Made by a program: the position numbers and the translations under genes
Shown here: in pieces, positions 36,929 through 46,416 of the stretch
How positions within the stretch are numbered: position 1 is the stretch's first letter
Layout: every line of letters starts with the position of its first letter
Assembly: GCA_018679695.1 (NCBI GenBank)
Contig: JAHHKH010000254.1
Coordinates: forward strand, 199 to 64,198
From: Maribacter sp.
Lineage (GTDB): Bacteria > Bacteroidota > Bacteroidia > Flavobacteriales > Flavobacteriaceae
Reading direction: 5' to 3'
DNA: 64,000 bases
Notes under the pieces: generated by a model
The model's database searches: none
What the model saw: the letters and a program-made list of their open reading frames with translations, nothing else
What the model was told of the DNA's origin: nothing

Positions 36929-37677
36929 AAAAAGTATTGCACTTAGGACTGCTTTTAATTTTTATTTCTTGCAACAACGAGAATGCATTTGATTGCTTTC
37001 AAAATGCTGGTGAAATTGTACGTACTGAAGTTGATGTAGCTGATTTTTCAAAAATTACTGTCTTCGAAAAAGTAGCTTTGGTCTTAAAACAGGGAGATAC
37101 ACAGAAAGTTGAAATCGAGACAGGGGAATACCTTCTGAAAGAAGTTTCTGCCAAAGTGGAAGGTGACCGATTGATAATGCGTAATGAAAATGGTTGCAAC
37201 TTTTTAAGGGATTATGGCATCACAAAGGTGTTTGTTACATCACCCAATATTTTTGAGATTAGAAGTAGTACGGGATTACCTATTAGGAGTGATGGTATAT
37301 TGGCGTACCCTTCTTTGCAATTGTATTCTGAAAGTTTTAATGAACCTGAAGCGGAGACTACAGATGGCGAATTCGATTTGGAATTGGATGCAGAAAATGT
37401 AGTTATAACAGTCAATGGTATTGCATATTTCAATTTAAGGGGAGATACCGAAAATTTAAATGTAACCATCGCTGCCGGGGATTCCCGCATTGAAGCAGCA
37501 TTCCTTACTGCGAATAACGTTGCATTAAACCATAGAGGCACAAATGATGTGCGAATTAATCCACAACAATCAGTTTCTGGTATTATTCGGGGAACGGGTG
37601 ATGTGATCAGCTTCAACAAACCTACAACGGTTGATGTTGAGGAATTGTATACAGGCAAGCTTATTTTTATAGATTGA
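36925..37677 (+). CDS. DUF2807 / head GIN domain lipoprotein
   Basis: 250 aa. Lipobox LIFISC and repeated G.GD... beta-helix-like segments. ATGA overlap with the upstream gene. Confidence 0.65.
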   Translation: MKKVLHLGLLLIFISCNNENAFDCFQNAGEIVRTEVDVADFSKITVFEKVALVLKQGDTQKVEIETGEYLLKEVSAKVEGDRLIMRNENGCNFLRDYGITKVFVTSPNIFEIRSSTGLPIRSDGILAYPSLQLYSESFNEPEAETTDGEFDLELDAENVVITVNGIAYFNLRGDTENLNVTIAAGDSRIEAAFLTANNVALNHRGTNDVRINPQQSVSGIIRGTGDVISFNKPTTVDVEELYTGKLIFID

Positions 37678-37908
37678 TATTAAAAGGTTTTCCCCAGTAT
37701 AACAGCCTACCTTGTAAAAGTCCAATAAACTTGTGGATAGGGTGAAAGTGGGTTAAGTTTCTTAATTTTTCTGCCAATTAAGGTAAAATGGGTAAACCGT
37801 TATTTTCTGTATAAATCTATAATCTAGATTGTGTGGTTCCTGTATAGAACAGATTCCATAATTTAGAGGTTAGTTGGTTTTACTTCCATATTAAATTTGT
37901 ATCCATAA

Positions 37909-39000
37909 TTGAAATCGATTTTTACATACCTAAAAGACCTATTCACTTCTGAAAACAAACCACTTCCTAATCCAATCCCCAAGGAAATGGCAGAAGCCGA
38001 TGAATTGCTCCACTCCTTAATTAAAGAAAAGAAGATTCCCGGTTTATCGATTACAGTTTTTAAAAAAGGAAATGTGCTTTTTCAGAAAGGTTATGGTCAC
38101 GCCGATATAGAAAAGGAAATCGAAGTAAATCCTCGGCAAACCATATTCAGAATTGCAAGTATTTCCAAGAACATTGCCGCAACAGCTCTTGCCCGCATGG
38201 TCATGGACAGGGTCATTGAACTAGATACATCATTCTATCATTACGTTCCTTATTTCCCAAAGAAAAAATATGATTTCACCATCAGACAATTGGCCAATCA
38301 CACTGCAGGAATAAGGGGGTATCGAGGCAAGGAATATGCGTTGAACAAGGCCTTTACCATAAAAGAGAGTTTACAGATCTTTCAAGATGACGAGCTACTT
38401 TTTAAGCCTGGGACAAATTACCATTACAATAGTTATGATTGGGTTTTGATTTCATTGGCCATGCAAGAGGCCAGTGGTATCCCCTTTGAACAATATGTAA
38501 AAGAAATAGTATTGGATAGTTTCGAGATGCAAAATACCTTTCCAGAAAATAGTTCAAACCCGTCTAGATTAACGGGAAACGAGTTAAATAGGTGGGCAAC
38601 TTTCTATTCAAGGGGTAGGTTGGGATTTCGAAAAGCTGTTCCGGTCAATAATCAGTACAAGCTGGCAGGTGGTGGGTATCTCTCAACCTCTCATGATATT
38701 GCCAGATTTGGAAGGGCATTTTTGGACGAGGAAATATTGAATCATCCGGTCATATCGGAGTTTCTTACTGCTGAAACCATTAATGGCATTAGTACCTATT
38801 ACGGGTTGGGCTGGCAAGTTAGTGAGGATACGATGGGAAGATCTTATTTTGGTCATGTGGGAAATGGTGTTGGGGGCTATTCCAATCTCTTTGTTTATCC
38901 CAAGGAACAGCTGGTATTCTCAATTTTGACCAATTGTACAAATCCAGGTGTTCAAGATGAATTGAATAAATCAATTAACCTCATTCTTAATAATTCCTAA
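37909..39000 (+). CDS. serine hydrolase (class C beta-lactamase / esterase family)
   Basis: 363 aa. The SxxK motif ASISKN and YSN-like YNSYD region fit family VIII esterase/AmpC-like proteins. TTG start at 37909 follows a TAAATTTG box at 37892-37899. An in-frame ATG at 37987 is the alternative start. Confidence 0.8.
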   Translation: MKSIFTYLKDLFTSENKPLPNPIPKEMAEADELLHSLIKEKKIPGLSITVFKKGNVLFQKGYGHADIEKEIEVNPRQTIFRIASISKNIAATALARMVMDRVIELDTSFYHYVPYFPKKKYDFTIRQLANHTAGIRGYRGKEYALNKAFTIKESLQIFQDDELLFKPGTNYHYNSYDWVLISLAMQEASGIPFEQYVKEIVLDSFEMQNTFPENSSNPSRLTGNELNRWATFYSRGRLGFRKAVPVNNQYKLAGGGYLSTSHDIARFGRAFLDEEILNHPVISEFLTAETINGISTYYGLGWQVSEDTMGRSYFGHVGNGVGGYSNLFVYPKEQLVFSILTNCTNPGVQDELNKSINLILNNS

Positions 39001-39126
39001 TAAACCAAGCTTTTTTAGAAGAATACTGCAATGAATATTGCCATAAGTGAAAAAATCAAAAAAAGGAGTAGATAAAATTTGATTTTTAAATTTAATAATT
39101 ACCTTAGCCTAACTTTTAACGATATA

Positions 39127-39198
39127 ATGGCGAAGCAATTTTTTTATAACGGTTTTTATTTTTTCTTTTTTTTTAAAAGGGAAACGGGACTGTTGTAG
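39127..39198 (+). CDS. Phe/Tyr-rich leader peptide of the pheA operon (MAKQFFYNGFYFFFFFKRETGLL)
   Basis: 23-codon ORF with 8 Phe and 2 Tyr codons, 94 nt upstream of pheA. Its last codons overlap the antiterminator element. Confidence 0.65.
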   Translation: MAKQFFYNGFYFFFFFKRETGLL

Positions 39199-39225
39199 TG
39201 TATTGCAATTAAAAATATAACATTG

Positions 39226-39252
39226 AGTCCCGTGAAAAACGGGACTTTTTTT
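39226..39252 (+). terminator. attenuator terminator of the pheA operon leader
   Basis: AGTCCCGT (39226-39233) pairs with ACGGGACT (39239-39246) around loop GAAAA, followed by a T-tract to 39252 (seven consecutive T from 39246). The same ACGGGACT 8-mer recurs at 39184-39191, giving an alternative pairing. Confidence 0.75.
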
Positions 39253-39292
39253 ATGCGATAAACGCCAGCGTACTGTAATCAGTAAAAATACG

Positions 39293-40120
39293 ATGAGTTT
39301 TAAGATAGCCATACAAGGAATTAAAGGTTCTAACCATCACCAAGTGGTTAGGGAATATTTTAATGATGAGGTTAGCTTGGTCGAGTGCATGTCTTTTCAT
39401 GGATTGGTAGACGCTCTATTAGACGGTACTGCTGATAAAGGTGTAATGGCCATTGAAAATTCAATAGCGGGTTCGATTATTCCTAATTATGCCCTTGTCT
39501 ATGATAGTAATTTACATATTATAGGTGAGCACTATTTGAACATACATCATAATTTAATGGCACTTAAAGGCCAATCAATTGATGAAATTTGCGAAGTTCG
39601 ATCGCACCCTATGGCACTTTTGCAATGCAGGGAGTTTTTAAAGACCATACCGGGGATAAAAATGGTCGAGGATGTAGATACGGCAGAGACGGCTAGACAA
39701 ATTCATGAGAAACAACTCAAGGGCATTGCGGCCATAGCCCCGCAAGTGGCAGCCAACTTGTATGATCTAGAGATTATTAAACCCGAAATACAGACCATAA
39801 AAAACAATGCTACCCGTTTTATTATCGTTAAGACAAAGAATAAAGAATTACCTAAGAATGTGATTAACAAGGCATCATTGCGTTTTGTTACCGATCATAA
39901 AAGAGGAAGTTTAGCTACCGTATTGAACGTAATGAGCGATTGTAATTTGAATTTGACCAAGATACAATCCTTGCCGATTATACAGACCCCTTGGAAATAT
40001 GCATTCTTCGTTGATGTGACCTTCGATGAATATGATAATTTTGACAAGGCCAAATCACTTTTAAAGATTATGTCAGAGGACTTTAGAGTATTGGGTGAAT
40101 ATAAAAATGCCAGAACATGA
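39293..40120 (+). CDS. pheA: prephenate dehydratase
   Basis: 275 aa. PDT domain (IENS..G.I) plus C-terminal ACT domain (...TKI.S.P). No fused chorismate mutase. Confidence 0.92.
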   Translation: MSFKIAIQGIKGSNHHQVVREYFNDEVSLVECMSFHGLVDALLDGTADKGVMAIENSIAGSIIPNYALVYDSNLHIIGEHYLNIHHNLMALKGQSIDEICEVRSHPMALLQCREFLKTIPGIKMVEDVDTAETARQIHEKQLKGIAAIAPQVAANLYDLEIIKPEIQTIKNNATRFIIVKTKNKELPKNVINKASLRFVTDHKRGSLATVLNVMSDCNLNLTKIQSLPIIQTPWKYAFFVDVTFDEYDNFDKAKSLLKIMSEDFRVLGEYKNART

Positions 40121-41262
40121 TTCGTACTGCCGAGCGACTAAAAACAGTTGAAGAGTACTACTTCTCAAAGAAATTAAGGGAGGTTCGCGAACTTATAGCC
40201 AAGGGTAGGCCTATTATCAATATGGGCATTGGCAGTCCTGATTTAACACCATCGGAAGAGGTGTTACAATCAATCCAGGATTCAATTTCAGAAGCTGGCG
40301 CACATCAATATCAGAGCTATCAGGGATTACCTCAGTTAAGAGAAGCAATTGCCGACTTTTACGAGGCCAAGTTCAATGTAGTTGTTAATCCAAATAACGA
40401 GATTTTACCTTTAATGGGTTCCAAAGAAGGTATCATGCATATAAGTTTGGCGTTTTTAAATGATGGAGATGAGGTATTGATTCCAAATCCGGGATACCCA
40501 ACGTATTCATCGGTTACCAAATTGGTAGGGGGAGTGCCTAAACTCTACGATCTTTATGCAAAAAACGGTTGGTTTCCTGACCTGGATGTGCTGCAAAAAC
40601 AAGATTTGACAAAGGTTAAGTTAATGTGGATCAGTTATCCGCATATGCCGACAGGAGCAATAGCGAATACCGATCAATTACAAAAGTTGATCCATTTTGC
40701 CCATAAGAACCACATATTATTGGTCAATGACAATCCGTATAGCTTTGTCCTGAGTAGCAGTCCAATTAGTATTTTAAGCATTCCAGGGGCAAAAGAAATT
40801 GCCTTGGAACTGAATTCATTGAGCAAAACCTTTAATATGGCTGGCTGGCGTGTAGGTATGGTTTTGGGGAAAGAAGATCATATCAATGCTATTTTAAAGG
40901 TCAAGAGCAATATGGATTCTGGAATGTTCTACGGTATTCAAAAAGGGGCCATTGCTGCCCTGAAAAGTGGTGAAGATTGGTTTAAATCATTGGATAAAAT
41001 CTATCAACGACGGAGGGAATTGATGTACATTTTGACTGATAGGTTGAATTGTACCTATGACAAAAATGCGGTAGGTATGTTCGTTTGGGCAAAACTGCCA
41101 AATGGTGCCTTGGCTTCGGAAGAATTTATTGATAATATTCTTTATGAAAAGGATATTTTTATTGCCCCTGGTACAATTTTCGGCAGCAATGGTGAAGGTT
41201 ATATTCGGTTTTCACTTTGTGTTAAGGAAGCAAAAATCAAGGAAGCACTGGGGCGGTTTTGA
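40117..41262 (+). CDS. class I/II PLP-dependent aminotransferase (probable aromatic/prephenate aminotransferase)
   Basis: 381 aa. NPGYPTY and SLSKTFNMAGWRVG (PLP lysine). ATGA overlap with pheA. Confidence 0.85.
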   Translation: MIRTAERLKTVEEYYFSKKLREVRELIAKGRPIINMGIGSPDLTPSEEVLQSIQDSISEAGAHQYQSYQGLPQLREAIADFYEAKFNVVVNPNNEILPLMGSKEGIMHISLAFLNDGDEVLIPNPGYPTYSSVTKLVGGVPKLYDLYAKNGWFPDLDVLQKQDLTKVKLMWISYPHMPTGAIANTDQLQKLIHFAHKNHILLVNDNPYSFVLSSSPISILSIPGAKEIALELNSLSKTFNMAGWRVGMVLGKEDHINAILKVKSNMDSGMFYGIQKGAIAALKSGEDWFKSLDKIYQRRRELMYILTDRLNCTYDKNAVGMFVWAKLPNGALASEEFIDNILYEKDIFIAPGTIFGSNGEGYIRFSLCVKEAKIKEALGRF

Positions 41263-41314
41263 GGTTTTCGTATAGCGTTAAATAGCCTTTTGTTTAAAGA
41301 GTAGTATTAAGAGA

Positions 41315-42172
41315 ATGAATGTATTTATAATCGGTATCGGATTAATTGGGGGTTCTATGGCCAAGGACATTAAGAGGCTGTACCCACATTCCACCATTTA
41401 TGGGATTGATAGCAATCCATCCCATTTAGAGGAGGCGATGGCTTTGGATTTAATTGATGTAAAGGCAAGTTATGATGATTTGGATAAGGCCAATGTCGTT
41501 ATCGTGAGTATTCCAGTGGATGGAATAGTAACAGAAATTCCTAAAATTCTAGAGGAAATTAATGAGGAATGCGTGGTCTTTGACGCTGGTTCGACAAAAG
41601 CTACTTTGTGCAAAGGCTTGGAAGACCATCCTAAAAGGCGCAATTTTTTGGCTTGCCATCCCATTGCCGGTACCGAGTTTTCAGGTCCTTCAGCTGCAAT
41701 TGACCAATTGTTTCAGGGTAAGACCAATATTATATGCGAAATTGAAAAGACCGCCTTCAAGCTTCAGGAAAAGGCATTGGAACTATTTCAACAAATGGGA
41801 ATGCGAATCAGATATATGAATCCGGAAGCACATGACAAACACATTGCATATGTTTCCCATTTATCACACATAAGCTCTTTCATGTTGGGTAAAACGGTTA
41901 TAGAAAAGGAAAAAAATGAACGTGATATCTTTGACATGGCAGGTAGTGGTTTTGAAAGTACGGTACGTTTGGCCAAGAGCTCACCAGCTATGTGGACGCC
42001 TATTTTTAAGCAGAACAAGGAGAATGTGATAGAGACCTTGGAAGAGTATATCCAAAATTTGGAGGATTTTAGGCAATTGTTACTGGAGGACGATTACAGG
42101 GGTATTTATAATGAAATGAACAATACGAATAAAATAAAGAAAATATTAAAAGGAATACCATTAAATAAATAA
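41315..42172 (+). CDS. tyrA: prephenate dehydrogenase
   Basis: 285 aa. N-terminal Rossmann IIGIGLIGGS and the HP.AG motif. Confidence 0.9.
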   Translation: MNVFIIGIGLIGGSMAKDIKRLYPHSTIYGIDSNPSHLEEAMALDLIDVKASYDDLDKANVVIVSIPVDGIVTEIPKILEEINEECVVFDAGSTKATLCKGLEDHPKRRNFLACHPIAGTEFSGPSAAIDQLFQGKTNIICEIEKTAFKLQEKALELFQQMGMRIRYMNPEAHDKHIAYVSHLSHISSFMLGKTVIEKEKNERDIFDMAGSGFESTVRLAKSSPAMWTPIFKQNKENVIETLEEYIQNLEDFRQLLLEDDYRGIYNEMNNTNKIKKILKGIPLNK

Positions 42173-42184
42173 TAGGATACTAAA

Positions 42185-43267
42185 ATGGAGAATTCAAAAC
42201 AAATGAGAACATGGTTAGATGATTTAGGATTAGATCATCCTTTGGTAATCGCAGGACCATGTAGTGCGGAAACCGAAGAACAGGTCTTAAAGATAGCACA
42301 TGAGCTAAAAGATACCGATGTTAACTATTATCGTGCTGGTATATGGAAACCGCGTACACGCCCAGGTAACTTTGAGGGAGTCGGAGCCCTGGGTCTCAAA
42401 TGGTTGCAAAAAGTAAAGGAGGAAACAGGATTGAAGACGGCTACTGAGGTTGCCAATAGGGCACATGTAGAATTGGCTCTTGAGCATGACATAGATTTGT
42501 TATGGGTCGGTGCTCGCTCCACAGTTAGTCCTTTCATAGTTCAGGAAATTGCGGAAGCCTTAAAAGGCACTGATAAAATTGTTTTGGTCAAAAATCCTGT
42601 GAATCCCGATTTATCATTATGGCTAGGTGCAGTGGAAAGAATGTATAGTTCGGATGTTAAAAAACTGGGAGTGATCCATAGGGGATTTTCGACCTACGAA
42701 AAATCCAAATATAGAAATATCCCCGAATGGCAGCTTGCGATTGAATTGCAGACCAAATTCCCCGATTTACCCTTAATAAATGATCCATCGCACATTACCG
42801 GTAATAGGAATATGATATTCGATGTTTCACAAACGGCGTTGGATCTCAATTACGATGGCTTGATTATTGAAACCCATCATGATCCAGAAAATGCATGGAG
42901 TGATGCGGCCCAGCAAGTAACTCCAAAGACCTTAGTTCAGATCATGAAAGATTTGCGTATTAGAAAAGAGACCGATGAAGAAGCGGAATACAATAACAAG
43001 CTTAGTAATCTGCGGGCACAAATTGATATTATAGATAATCAATTGATCGACACTCTTGGGAAGCGAATGAAGGTTTCCGATGGTATTGGGGAGCTCAAAA
43101 AACAAAGGAATGTGGCAGTGCTACAAAGCAATCGTTGGAACCAGATACTCGGCGCCATGATATTGGAAGGAGAATCAAAAGGATTGAGCGAGGAGTTCGT
43201 GCTTAAAATGTTCAAGGCCATTCACCAAGAATCGATCAACCATCAAGAAAAGATCATGCAGTCTTAA
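42185..43267 (+). CDS. bifunctional 3-deoxy-7-phosphoheptulonate (DAHP) synthase type I-beta / chorismate mutase (C-terminal AroQ)
   Basis: 360 aa. DAHPS core (AGPCS.E, ...YRAG.WKPRT, DPSH) followed by LR..ID.ID..L...L..R chorismate mutase helices. Confidence 0.9.
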   Translation: MENSKQMRTWLDDLGLDHPLVIAGPCSAETEEQVLKIAHELKDTDVNYYRAGIWKPRTRPGNFEGVGALGLKWLQKVKEETGLKTATEVANRAHVELALEHDIDLLWVGARSTVSPFIVQEIAEALKGTDKIVLVKNPVNPDLSLWLGAVERMYSSDVKKLGVIHRGFSTYEKSKYRNIPEWQLAIELQTKFPDLPLINDPSHITGNRNMIFDVSQTALDLNYDGLIIETHHDPENAWSDAAQQVTPKTLVQIMKDLRIRKETDEEAEYNNKLSNLRAQIDIIDNQLIDTLGKRMKVSDGIGELKKQRNVAVLQSNRWNQILGAMILEGESKGLSEEFVLKMFKAIHQESINHQEKIMQS

Positions 43268-43301
43268 AAAAAGAATCCCGATAATTATCGGGATTCTTTT
43301 T
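43268..43301 (+). terminator. intrinsic terminator after the aromatic operon
   Basis: AAGAATCCCGAT / ATCGGGATTCTT stem followed by TTT. Confidence 0.75.
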
Positions 43302-43360
43302 ACAAAACTGTAACATTCATTCTTGATTTTAATCTTTACATAAATCAAAAGAGAATAACA

Positions 43361-44035
43361 ATGAAAAAAGTACTTTTCCTTTTCGCGGTAATAAGTTCAT
43401 TGACCGCTTCAGCTCAAAGAATGATAGATAAAGAAGTCGGTGACTTTAATAAAATAAAAATCTTCGATTTAATAGAGGTAAATCTCATCAAATCAGATGA
43501 AAATAGGATTACGATAAAAGGCGAAAATGTATATGACATTAAAGTTGTGAATTCCGACGGCATTCTGAAGTTGAGAATGCAATTAGACAAGAAGTTCACA
43601 GGTGAGGATACCTTCATAGAAGTTTTTTATAAGCATTTGGATGTTATTGATGGCAATGAGGGTGCAAAAATCGTTTGCAACGAACTGATCAAGCAAGACC
43701 ATCTAGAATTACGATCCCAAGAGGGAGCCCAAATTAAGGCAGGGCTTGATGTCTTTGATTTAGAGGTTCGTGCGGTTACAGGAGGTATCGTGGAAGCTTC
43801 CGGATTAGCTGAAAATCAATGGATTGTTTTGAATACAGGGGGTATTTTTGAAGGTCGTGAGCTTAAAACTTCAAATACAGACATTAAGATTACTGCTGCA
43901 GGCGAAGCCGAAATCTATGCGTCGGATAAGGTCGATATTAATGTAAAAGCAGGGGGGGATGTATATGTTTACGGGAATCCTAAGGATATAAACAAGAAAA
44001 CCCTGGCCGGAGGTAGGGTTTATATAAAAGACTAG
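43361..44035 (+). CDS. DUF2807 / head GIN domain protein (secreted)
   Basis: 224 aa. Signal peptide ...SLTASAQ and the repeated G.G....G..D.. pattern seen in the paralogue at 36925. Confidence 0.65.
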   Translation: MKKVLFLFAVISSLTASAQRMIDKEVGDFNKIKIFDLIEVNLIKSDENRITIKGENVYDIKVVNSDGILKLRMQLDKKFTGEDTFIEVFYKHLDVIDGNEGAKIVCNELIKQDHLELRSQEGAQIKAGLDVFDLEVRAVTGGIVEASGLAENQWIVLNTGGIFEGRELKTSNTDIKITAAGEAEIYASDKVDINVKAGGDVYVYGNPKDINKKTLAGGRVYIKD

Positions 44036-44040
44036 GCAAT

Positions 44041-44070
44041 AAAAAATCCCGGCCATGGCCGGGATTTTTT
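44041..44070. terminator. bidirectional intrinsic terminator
   Basis: AAAAAATCCCGGCC ATGGCCGGGATTTTTT palindrome between convergent genes ending at 44035 and 44074. Confidence 0.8.
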
Positions 44071-44073
44071 ATT

Positions 44074-44514
44074 TTATCTCTTAAATATATATCGGGTAAT
44101 AAAAATACCTTGACCATCTCCTTTTCCTCCTTCACTTTCCACAGCACTCGTTACAAAAGCCAATTCCCAACCCTCAGCGATCATCGTATTTATTTTTGAC
44201 GTGATTATAGCATCATTCGCGGCAATATTCTGAAAGCGAATACCACCAATGTTATAGAAATTCAACAATTTAGTTTCCTCAAAATTCTTAACACGAATTT
44301 CTTGTCTTTTAGACTTGTTTCTAGTGTTGTCTTCTTCAGTTTGAATACTTGAGAATTCCTTATAATCTTTATCTTCCAAGGCGCTGATGATCCTTGATCT
44401 TCCCAAACCATTAGGTACAATTGATTCTACACTGGTAATTACCTTAAATTCTTGGGCGCTAAGTTCAAAAGACATTAGGCATAGGAGGCCTACAAAAAGA
44501 AATAGTTTTTTCAT
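44074..44514 (-). CDS. hypothetical secreted protein
   Basis: 146 aa with a signal peptide (…SFELSAQ). No motif I can assign. Called coding because of its intact ORF and its own terminator. Confidence 0.5.
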   Translation of the reverse strand: MKKLFLFVGLLCLMSFELSAQEFKVITSVESIVPNGLGRSRIISALEDKDYKEFSSIQTEEDNTRNKSKRQEIRVKNFEETKLLNFYNIGGIRFQNIAANDAIITSKINTMIAEGWELAFVTSAVESEGGKGDGQGIFITRYIFKR

Positions 44515-44611
44515 GTTTAAATGTTTAGATGTTATTTATGGTCTAAATATAAGTCAATTGTTATGAAGAAATATCGTTATTTTGTGTGAATCGCTTACTC
44601 CAATGTATTAA

Positions 44612-45562
44612 ATGAAGGGCATTGTTTATAAATCAACAGGAAGTTGGTATACTGTTAAATCCACAGAAGGGGATTTTTATGAATGTCGTATTAAAGGTAA
44701 ATTTCGCATAAAAGGAATAAAAAGCACTAATCCTGTTGCCGTTGGTGATAAGGTTGAATTTCAAATTGAGCATATTGGCGATGAAACCATAGGCGTGATA
44801 TCGACAATAGAGGATAGAAAGAATTATATCATTCGAAAGTCGGTCAAACTTTCAAAACAAACCCATATTATTGCGGCTAACCTTGATCAAGTTTTTTTAT
44901 TGATTACGCTTAAAAACCCTAAAACCTATACTATTTTCATTGATCGATTCCTAGCGACTGCGGAAGCATATGATATACCTGCCATCTTATTGTTCAATAA
45001 AATTGACAGTTATAATGAAGAAGAATTGTTGGAAGTAAGATACTTGGCAGACCTATATCGAAAGATAGGATATACCTGTATCGGTATTTCTGCCATTACC
45101 AGCAAGAATGTTGATAAGGTAAAGGAATTGATGTTAGGTAAAACAAGCATGTTTTCCGGGAACTCTGGTGTGGGCAAATCCACATTGATCAATGCTTTGG
45201 AGCCAACATTGAATATAAAGACCACTGAAATCTCGGAACAACATCTACAAGGCCAACACACTACTACTTTTGCAGAAATGTTCGACTTGAGTTTTGACGC
45301 TCGAATCATAGACACACCAGGCATTAGGGGTTTTGGTATTTTCGACATGGAAAAGGATGAAATAGGTGACTATTTCCCAGAGTTCTTTAAGCTGAAAAGT
45401 GAATGCAAATTCAATAATTGTCTTCATTTAGATGAACCTAAATGTGGAGTAAAGCAAGCACTTGAGAATAATGAGGTGGCTTGGAGTAGGTACAAGAGTT
45501 ATGTGCAGATGATTACCGGTGAAGATGATACCTACAGAATTGATAATTTTGGTGACAATTAA
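44612..45562 (+). CDS. rsgA: ribosome small subunit-dependent GTPase A
   Basis: 316 aa. Circularly permuted GTPase (NK.D ... GNSGVGKST ... DTPG) and C-terminal Cys zinc knuckle C..C.H..EP.C. Confidence 0.92.
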   Translation: MKGIVYKSTGSWYTVKSTEGDFYECRIKGKFRIKGIKSTNPVAVGDKVEFQIEHIGDETIGVISTIEDRKNYIIRKSVKLSKQTHIIAANLDQVFLLITLKNPKTYTIFIDRFLATAEAYDIPAILLFNKIDSYNEEELLEVRYLADLYRKIGYTCIGISAITSKNVDKVKELMLGKTSMFSGNSGVGKSTLINALEPTLNIKTTEISEQHLQGQHTTTFAEMFDLSFDARIIDTPGIRGFGIFDMEKDEIGDYFPEFFKLKSECKFNNCLHLDEPKCGVKQALENNEVAWSRYKSYVQMITGEDDTYRIDNFGDN

Positions 45563-45601
45563 TAGCATAATCATCCTGTTTTTTAATTTGCGAATCGCAT
45601 T

Positions 45602-46054
45602 ATGAGAGCTGTAGTTCAAAGAGTTTCAAAGGCAAGTGTTACCGTCGAGGAAAAAACCATCTCAAAAATGGGGAATGGTCTGCTTATTTTTTTAGGAATT
45701 GTAAATGAGGATTCTAAAGAAGACATAGAATGGCTTTCACGAAAAATTACGAACCTTCGTATATTCAATGATAGCGAAGGGGTAATGAACAAGTCATTGA
45801 TTGAGATTGATGGGGAGGCCATTATTGTAAGTCAGTTTACCTTACATGCCTCAACAAAAAAAGGAAATAGACCATCGTACTTAGAGGCTGCCAAACCAAA
45901 TATTGCAATTCCAGTATACGAACAATTTGTACTTCAGTTAGAGCATGATTTAGGAAAAAAAGTGGGCGCAGGTGTTTTCGGGGCCGATATGAAAGTTGAT
46001 TTATTGAACGATGGTCCTGTGACTCTAATAATTGACACAAAAAAAAGGGAATAA
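45602..46054 (+). CDS. dtd: D-aminoacyl-tRNA deacylase
   Basis: 150 aa. MRAVVQRV start, SQFTL and GPVT motifs. Confidence 0.93.
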   Translation: MRAVVQRVSKASVTVEEKTISKMGNGLLIFLGIVNEDSKEDIEWLSRKITNLRIFNDSEGVMNKSLIEIDGEAIIVSQFTLHASTKKGNRPSYLEAAKPNIAIPVYEQFVLQLEHDLGKKVGAGVFGADMKVDLLNDGPVTLIIDTKKRE

Positions 46055-46380
46055 TGAGCATACAAAAAGCACAACAGGAGGTAGATAATTGGATCAAAGA
46101 ACATGGCGTACGCTATTTTAATGAACTTACCAATATGGCCCAACTTACAGAGGAAGTTGGTGAAGTCGCCCGTATTATAGCACGTAGATACGGTGAACAA
46201 AGCGAAAAAGAATCGGATAAAGACAAGGATTTGGGTGAGGAATTGGCAGATGTGCTTTTCGTGGTACTTTGCTTAGCTAACCAAACGGGAGTTGATCTGC
46301 AAGAGGCATTCGATAAAAAATTAAAACTTAAGGCCAAACGTGATCATGAAAGGCATCGGCGTAATGAAAAACTCAAATAG
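46054..46380 (+). CDS. MazG-like nucleotide pyrophosphohydrolase
   Basis: 108 aa. EE.GE......R and EELADV EExxE/D motifs. TAATG overlap with dtd. Confidence 0.85.
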   Translation: MSIQKAQQEVDNWIKEHGVRYFNELTNMAQLTEEVGEVARIIARRYGEQSEKESDKDKDLGEELADVLFVVLCLANQTGVDLQEAFDKKLKLKAKRDHERHRRNEKLK

Positions 46381-46383
46381 TAG

Positions 46384-46391
46384 TATATTTG
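46384..46391 (+). promoter_or_regulatory. candidate -7 promoter box (TATATTTG) for aroA
   Basis: Exact TAnnTTTG match 26 nt upstream of the TTG start at 46417. Confidence 0.4.
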
Positions 46392-46416
46392 AGCTTTCTT
46401 TGTAAATACGCAAATC

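Noticed and set aside
39109-39312. 67-aa minus-strand ORF (…FKKKEKIKTVIKK…) spanning the pheA upstream region
   Set aside because: It is the mirror image of the plus-strand poly-T/Phe-codon tract and the terminator. Its lysine run is a compositional artefact, and it overlaps the pheA start. The plus-strand leader peptide plus attenuator explains the sequence better.
36925-44035. Two DUF2807/head-GIN paralogues bracketing the serine hydrolase and the aromatic operon, as possible boundaries of a cassette
   Set aside because: There are no DNA-level repeats, att-like sites or recombinase genes. The two proteins share only family-level similarity. Their placement looks coincidental.
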